64,000 nucleotides of DNA from Pseudobutyrivibrio ruminis HUN009 (GTDB taxonomy: Bacteria > Bacillota > Clostridia > Lachnospirales > Lachnospiraceae), in the NCBI RefSeq assembly GCF_000703005.1, contig NZ_JNLH01000001.1:2255542-2319541 (forward strand), written 5' to 3'. This document shows positions 60,073-64,000 of the stretch, in pieces (position 1 is the stretch's first letter; every line of letters starts with the position of its first letter). The notes beneath the pieces were generated by a model. It did no database searches and had not been told where the DNA came from. It saw only the letters and a program-made list of their open reading frames with translations. The position numbers and the translations under genes are program-made.

Positions 60073-60831
60073 TTAGCCAAGTTTCTTTTTCTGCTGATGG
60101 CCTGTAAGCTTAACAAGGATTGGAATTGGAAGCAAATGCTGGAAAGCCATGGCAAGTCTCATGCCAAAGCCTGGCACGATAATTGTTTTACCTCTATCCA
60201 TTCCCTTAAGTGCTTCAGCCACACATTTTTCAGGGCTGATTCCCTTCAATGCAAAAACTACATCTGCTCTGTCATTGAACTCAGTATCTACTGGCCCTGG
60301 GCAAAGAGCCGAAACCTTTACCTTTGAGCCTTTTTCCTTGAGCTCTACTGCAACAGCGCGAGTAAGACTTGTGACATATGCCTTGCTTGCGTAGTAGCCA
60401 GCCATGTATGGACCTCCTGGAAGGAGCCCCGCTGATGAAGCTACATTTAAAATCTGACCAGCACCATCTGCATCCATCTTTTGAAGAATTCCCTTAAAAA
60501 GAATGTGCATTGCAACATCATTGACCTTTATCATAGAAACTTCTCTATCAATATCTGTTTCAAGGAATGAGCCTGCCACGCCAAAGCCTGCATTATTGAT
60601 AAATACATCAATACGCTCCTCCTTAAGCTTATCAAGAAGGGCGAAGCATTCCTTTTTCTTGCTAAGGTCGCCAGAGATTATTTCCACAGGAACATTTACC
60701 TGCTCTGCTAGTTCATTAAGTCGCTCTACTCTTCGTCCTGTGACAATCAATCTGTAGCCCCTGTCTGCAAGTCGCTTTGCAAACTCAAGGCCGATTCCCG
60801 ATGTTGCTCCTGTAATAAGTGCTGTTTTCAT
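60073..60831 (-). CDS. SDR-family short-chain dehydrogenase/reductase
   Basis: TALITGATSGIGLEFAKRLA Rossmann motif, NNAG, and catalytic YxxxK (YYASKAYV). Confidence 0.8.
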   Translation of the reverse strand: MKTALITGATSGIGLEFAKRLADRGYRLIVTGRRVERLNELAEQVNVPVEIISGDLSKKKECFALLDKLKEERIDVFINNAGFGVAGSFLETDIDREVSMIKVNDVAMHILFKGILQKMDADGAGQILNVASSAGLLPGGPYMAGYYASKAYVTSLTRAVAVELKEKGSKVKVSALCPGPVDTEFNDRADVVFALKGISPEKCVAEALKGMDRGKTIIVPGFGMRLAMAFQHLLPIPILVKLTGHQQKKKLG

Positions 60832-60842
60832 TGAGCCTCCTA

Positions 60843-61871
60843 TTAAATCATTTTCAAAATATCGTCTCTAACGGAAGCCATGTGTTCATCTTCGATACCA
60901 AAATCCATCTGTCTGAAACTCCATGCTGCACGGCCGATGCCATACTCATCGAAGCACTTGCAAATCATTTCGTACCATTTCTTACTATCCTCTGGAGATG
61001 CAAGATTGATTACGCCAAACTCTCCACAATAAAGAGCCACGTTTCTTTCATCTGCCACACGAACGGCTTCCTTCACTAAGTCTCTAAAGAACTCTATTCC
61101 AATTTTATCATTCTCGTTGTAAGAATCAAAGTTAATAGTGAAGCCTTCAAGATTGTTTCGAGTATTCTGCTTGTACTCCTTGTATGTAACATCAAATGGC
61201 ATTCTGAAATCATTGTCCATTGTTGGAATCCAATGTGCTCCCTGATGTGTGAATATCAGTGGCTCATAGCAATGGAAATTGTATACAATGTTTTCATCAT
61301 AAGGTGGCGCAATGTCCTTAAGGGATTCGATTGCGTTGTTGTAATATCCGCCGATGAGAATCTTGATGTCTGGAGCATACTTTCTGATACGCTCTACACA
61401 TGTACGTGAAATTCTATTCCATGTATCACAGTATTCTTTTTCAGTAACTTCGTTAAGAAGCTCAAAGCTGAGGCGGTCAGAATATTTGCCAAATCTCTTT
61501 GCAAACTCTTCCCAAAGAAGATAGAAACGCTCCTGATAATCCTCGTTTTCAAAGAAGCCTGTCTCTGCCTCACCTGCATCAAAGCTGAAGCCTGCTGTTT
61601 TGTGCAAATCAAGAACCATATTCAGGCCATTTTTGCCAGCCCAGTCGATTGCATTTTGGATGTACTGGAAGCCCTCTTCCTTATAGTCTCCTGCGCCACG
61701 TTCTACAAGCTCGTAATCCACAGGAACTCTGAAATGGTCCATGCCCCATTTCTTGATTGTTTCGATATCTGATTCGTGAATAAATGAATCATAGTGCTCC
61801 TTTGTGTGAACGCACTGAGACAGCCAACCTCCCAAGTTAATTCCATGGATGTAACCATCAAATTTTCTCAT
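60843..61871 (-). CDS. glycoside hydrolase family 5 (cellulase/endoglucanase-type), no signal peptide
   Basis: GINLGGWLSQ N-terminus, LNEVTE (NEP acid/base) and CGEFG (nucleophile Glu) motifs; 342 aa; cytoplasmic by absence of a signal sequence. Confidence 0.75.
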   Translation of the reverse strand: MRKFDGYIHGINLGGWLSQCVHTKEHYDSFIHESDIETIKKWGMDHFRVPVDYELVERGAGDYKEEGFQYIQNAIDWAGKNGLNMVLDLHKTAGFSFDAGEAETGFFENEDYQERFYLLWEEFAKRFGKYSDRLSFELLNEVTEKEYCDTWNRISRTCVERIRKYAPDIKILIGGYYNNAIESLKDIAPPYDENIVYNFHCYEPLIFTHQGAHWIPTMDNDFRMPFDVTYKEYKQNTRNNLEGFTINFDSYNENDKIGIEFFRDLVKEAVRVADERNVALYCGEFGVINLASPEDSKKWYEMICKCFDEYGIGRAAWSFRQMDFGIEDEHMASVRDDILKMI

Positions 61872-62056
61872 AATATCCTTCTCCTTAATATGTTATTAAA
61901 CTAGTTATATTCTAATAAATGGTGAGATTTTCGTAAACGTTTAAGTAGTTGAAAAAGGAATATTTTTAGATTGATAAAAATTTTAAATTATTACTGACGC
62001 AACATACAAAGAGTGATACAATAATTGACAGATATTTTAAATTAGGGAGGAAAGAT

Positions 62057-62464
62057 ATGAGTAATTTTTCAGCAGCAGAAGAAATCCAAAAGTATAAGGA
62101 TTTGCTTGACCAGGGAGTTATCACAGAGGAAGAATTCCAGCAGAAAAAAGCTGATTTGCTTAATGCAACACCTATCACAACAAGCTCATCAGCTAGCATG
62201 AGCGCACACACAACAGGTATTGTTGCATATCTTACATGGATTGGATTCTTAATCGCAGTTCTTGTAGGTGATCGTGAGGGAGCTAAGTTCCACATCAATC
62301 AAGCTCTTGTAATCAACCTCTTCTTCTTCGCATGTGCTATTCCAGTACTTGGATGGGTTTGGTGGATTGTTATGGTTGTTCTTTGGATTATGGCATTAGT
62401 TGGTGCTTGCAATGACGAAGAAAAACCAGTTCCTATTCTTGGTGGAATTAAGATTCTTAACTAA
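62057..62464 (+). CDS. membrane protein with an N-terminal SHOCT domain fused to a DUF4870-like TM domain
   Basis: EEIQKYKDLLDQGVITEEEFQQKKADLL is a SHOCT motif. GIVAYLTWIGFLIAVLVGDREGAKFHINQALVINL matches the DUF4870 pattern. Strong Shine-Dalgarno site GGGAGGAAAGAT before the ATG. Confidence 0.55.
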   Translation: MSNFSAAEEIQKYKDLLDQGVITEEEFQQKKADLLNATPITTSSSASMSAHTTGIVAYLTWIGFLIAVLVGDREGAKFHINQALVINLFFFACAIPVLGWVWWIVMVVLWIMALVGACNDEEKPVPILGGIKILN

Positions 62465-62471
62465 AACAAAA

Positions 62472-62499
62472 AGGGTACGTACATTAAAGTACGTACCCT
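62472..62499. terminator. bidirectional intrinsic terminator (AGGGTACGTAC-ATTAAA-GTACGTACCCT) between the SHOCT gene (+) and the lipoprotein gene (-)
   Basis: Perfect 11-bp stem flanked by AAAACAAAAA upstream and TTAATTTTTAT downstream. Confidence 0.8.
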
Positions 62500-62512
62500 T
62501 AATTTTTATCAT

Positions 62513-63625
62513 TTATAAATCTGATAAAGCCTTAAACTCAAGGTCTGTGTAATCCTCTGATGCAGCTTCTCTATCATTGAATTCATCCTCGGTAACATTT
62601 TCCCATTCATCTTCTGTATAACTTATAAACCAAGGCTGATCTTCATTTGTATAAGCATCGATTTTGGTTCCCCATTGATACATCAGTTCAGAAGAGTTTG
62701 GCTCCATGCAATATACAAGCTTTCCATTTTCAAGTGCACCGCTTGAATACTCATTCACAATCATACCTTCACTGTAAACATAGAATCGATTGCGGGCTGT
62801 TCCAGTAGCCACATGAGCAGGTGCTCCATCCACCATTGTGTAGATATCGTAGATTGAACCTCTAAGCTCGTCATCAACAAGTGTTCCAACGAACAATTCG
62901 TCCACACCATCTTTATCAGTATCATAGTAAGCAATTCCGATACCTGATGCACCATCAGTCAGCGAAATGCTATAGAATTCTGGGCTCATATTGTTATCTT
63001 CGAATTTCGATGCATCCCATCCCTCATCAAGAGCTGTCTGGTATTTTGCAACTACATCGCCATAAAGATCTTCACCCTTTGTGCCGGCTAAGTATTCAAA
63101 AGTTGCACCATTGACGCCTGTCATGTTAGCAACAACATCCTCTGCTGTATTGTATAGCTTTTCGAAGTCCTCTGGCATCTCAGTGTACTTTTCAAAGTCC
63201 CACTGAACTTCAGTTGCATATCCTAATACAACCTCGTATTGCTTTCCATCTGCATCAGTAAGTTCACCCTTTTTCATGTAGGGACCACCGTAGAACTCTG
63301 GTGGCATCTCTCTAGCCCATATCGTATATGCCATACCATTAAAGCCAGCATCTTTTGATTCTTTGTGGTAAAGAGTAATCTGCTGATCTTCAACTTCTGA
63401 CTCATATACGCCTTCAAGCTCAGCAGGCATTGTAATTGAAAACAGTGAACTTGAAAGAACCTCTCCTGTTTCAGCCACTGCGGCATCATCCTCTGTTGTT
63501 TGTGTCTCTGCTGATTCCACCTCCCCTGCAGTTTCAGTATCAACACTATTATCAGTATTGTTTGCTCCACAAGCTGAAAGTAATAACATCGAACAAGTCA
63601 GTATAGTAAATACCTTATTTTTCAT
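62513..63625 (-). CDS. acidic lipoprotein of unknown function
   Basis: Lipoprotein signal MKNKVFTILTCSMLLLSAC, then an Asp/Glu/Thr-rich linker, then an approximately 300-aa domain with no recognisable motif. Start set at MKNK rather than the upstream MRRNN. Confidence 0.5.
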   Translation of the reverse strand: MKNKVFTILTCSMLLLSACGANNTDNSVDTETAGEVESAETQTTEDDAAVAETGEVLSSSLFSITMPAELEGVYESEVEDQQITLYHKESKDAGFNGMAYTIWAREMPPEFYGGPYMKKGELTDADGKQYEVVLGYATEVQWDFEKYTEMPEDFEKLYNTAEDVVANMTGVNGATFEYLAGTKGEDLYGDVVAKYQTALDEGWDASKFEDNNMSPEFYSISLTDGASGIGIAYYDTDKDGVDELFVGTLVDDELRGSIYDIYTMVDGAPAHVATGTARNRFYVYSEGMIVNEYSSGALENGKLVYCMEPNSSELMYQWGTKIDAYTNEDQPWFISYTEDEWENVTEDEFNDREAASEDYTDLEFKALSDL

Positions 63626-63785
63626 ATTATTTCTCCTCATTTATTTAGCATTGTGTACATCATTTATAACATAATAGCACAACAAAAATCTCATGCTAGG
63701 GGTATAAGTAAAAGTTCACTATTATTTCATAGATTTTTGTTTTTCTGATAGTTTGCGTATATGGGCTAATGCATTTACGATATGT

Positions 63786-64000
63786 TAGAAACCTTCGTGA
63801 GCATACTTTTCTAGCAAATCTCTAATCTGATTGTTTGTGCTTTCAATTTCAGATGTTTCTGTTGGCAACACTCTAATCCAAAGGTCTATATCAGCATACT
63901 TATTTCCTCGTCGATTCCTCTGAACACTGTCTGCCACAATCATTTTCACCTGTGCTTTCTTCTGCTCAAAAAGCGGGATAACTACATAGTAAAGCCTGTC
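63786..64000 (-). CDS. C-terminal fragment of a hypothetical protein (gene continues beyond the right edge)
   Basis: Minus-strand frame reads ...RLYYVVIPLFEQKKAQVKMIVADSVQRNRRGNKYADIDLWIRVLPTETSEIESTNNQIRDLLEKYAHEGF* ending at 63786. The function cannot be assigned from this fragment. Confidence 0.3.

Overview
This 64 kb window looks like chromosomal DNA from a low-GC Firmicutes (Clostridia, probably Lachnospiraceae-like) organism, judged by gene content, operon organisation and strong Shine-Dalgarno sites. It is gene-dense and most genes are on the minus strand. I found no rRNA, CRISPR array, transposase, integrase or other mobile element. There is one tRNA-Thr(CGT). Housekeeping blocks are: thiI(partial)-iscS-rsmE-prmA-(DUF2225)-glnS; ilvH-ilvC; asd, argH, queH; potABCD; the conserved recN-argR-nadK-tlyA-dxs-ispA-xseB-xseA-nusB-asp23-surE block; and a queD-queE-folE-queC-queF operon. 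Upstream of queD, reading the sequence shows a preQ1-I-like riboswitch aptamer, an intrinsic terminator and a sigma-A-like promoter. Accessory or less-understood content, from left to right, is: (1) a rhomboid-fold membrane protein lacking all catalytic residues and fused to a Cys4 zinc ribbon; (2) a carbohydrate sensing and uptake locus, in which a CUT2 sugar ABC transporter (binding protein, two-domain ATPase, permease) is followed by an AraC-type response regulator, a YesM/LytS-type histidine kinase and two membrane-anchored periplasmic-binding-protein (PBP) paralogs, one of them MglB-like; (3) azlCD; (4) a standalone protein with two AP2 DNA-binding domains; (5) an orphan Sfp-type phosphopantetheinyl transferase next to a CgeB-like glycosyltransferase-like protein and a DRE-TIM (HMGL-like) aldolase; (6) two tandem methyl-accepting chemotaxis protein (MCP) paralogs with no che genes; (7) a GGGtGRT-family protein paired with an IscU/NifU-like scaffold protein; (8) an SPFH/flotillin-like protein, a double-zinc-ribbon membrane protein and a TPM-domain protein, equivalent to B. 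subtilis ydjI/ydjG/ydjH but without pspA; (9) a hexapeptide-repeat protein, a topoisomerase III paralog with six C-terminal zinc-ribbon/Topo_C_Rpt repeats, and an Arch_ATPase/DUF234 ATPase whose Walker A lysine is replaced (GRRGCGCES); (10) a GH5 hydrolase with no signal peptide plus an SDR; and (11) an N-terminal SHOCT-DUF4870 membrane protein and an acidic lipoprotein. The strongest candidates for undescribed biology are the GGGtGRT/IscU-like pair, the pspA-less SPFH-Zn-ribbon-TPM triad, the dual-PBP sensor kinase system, the tandem-AP2 protein, and the degenerate-P-loop ATPase next to the topoisomerase III paralog. All functional calls come from reading motifs in the translations; no database search was run.
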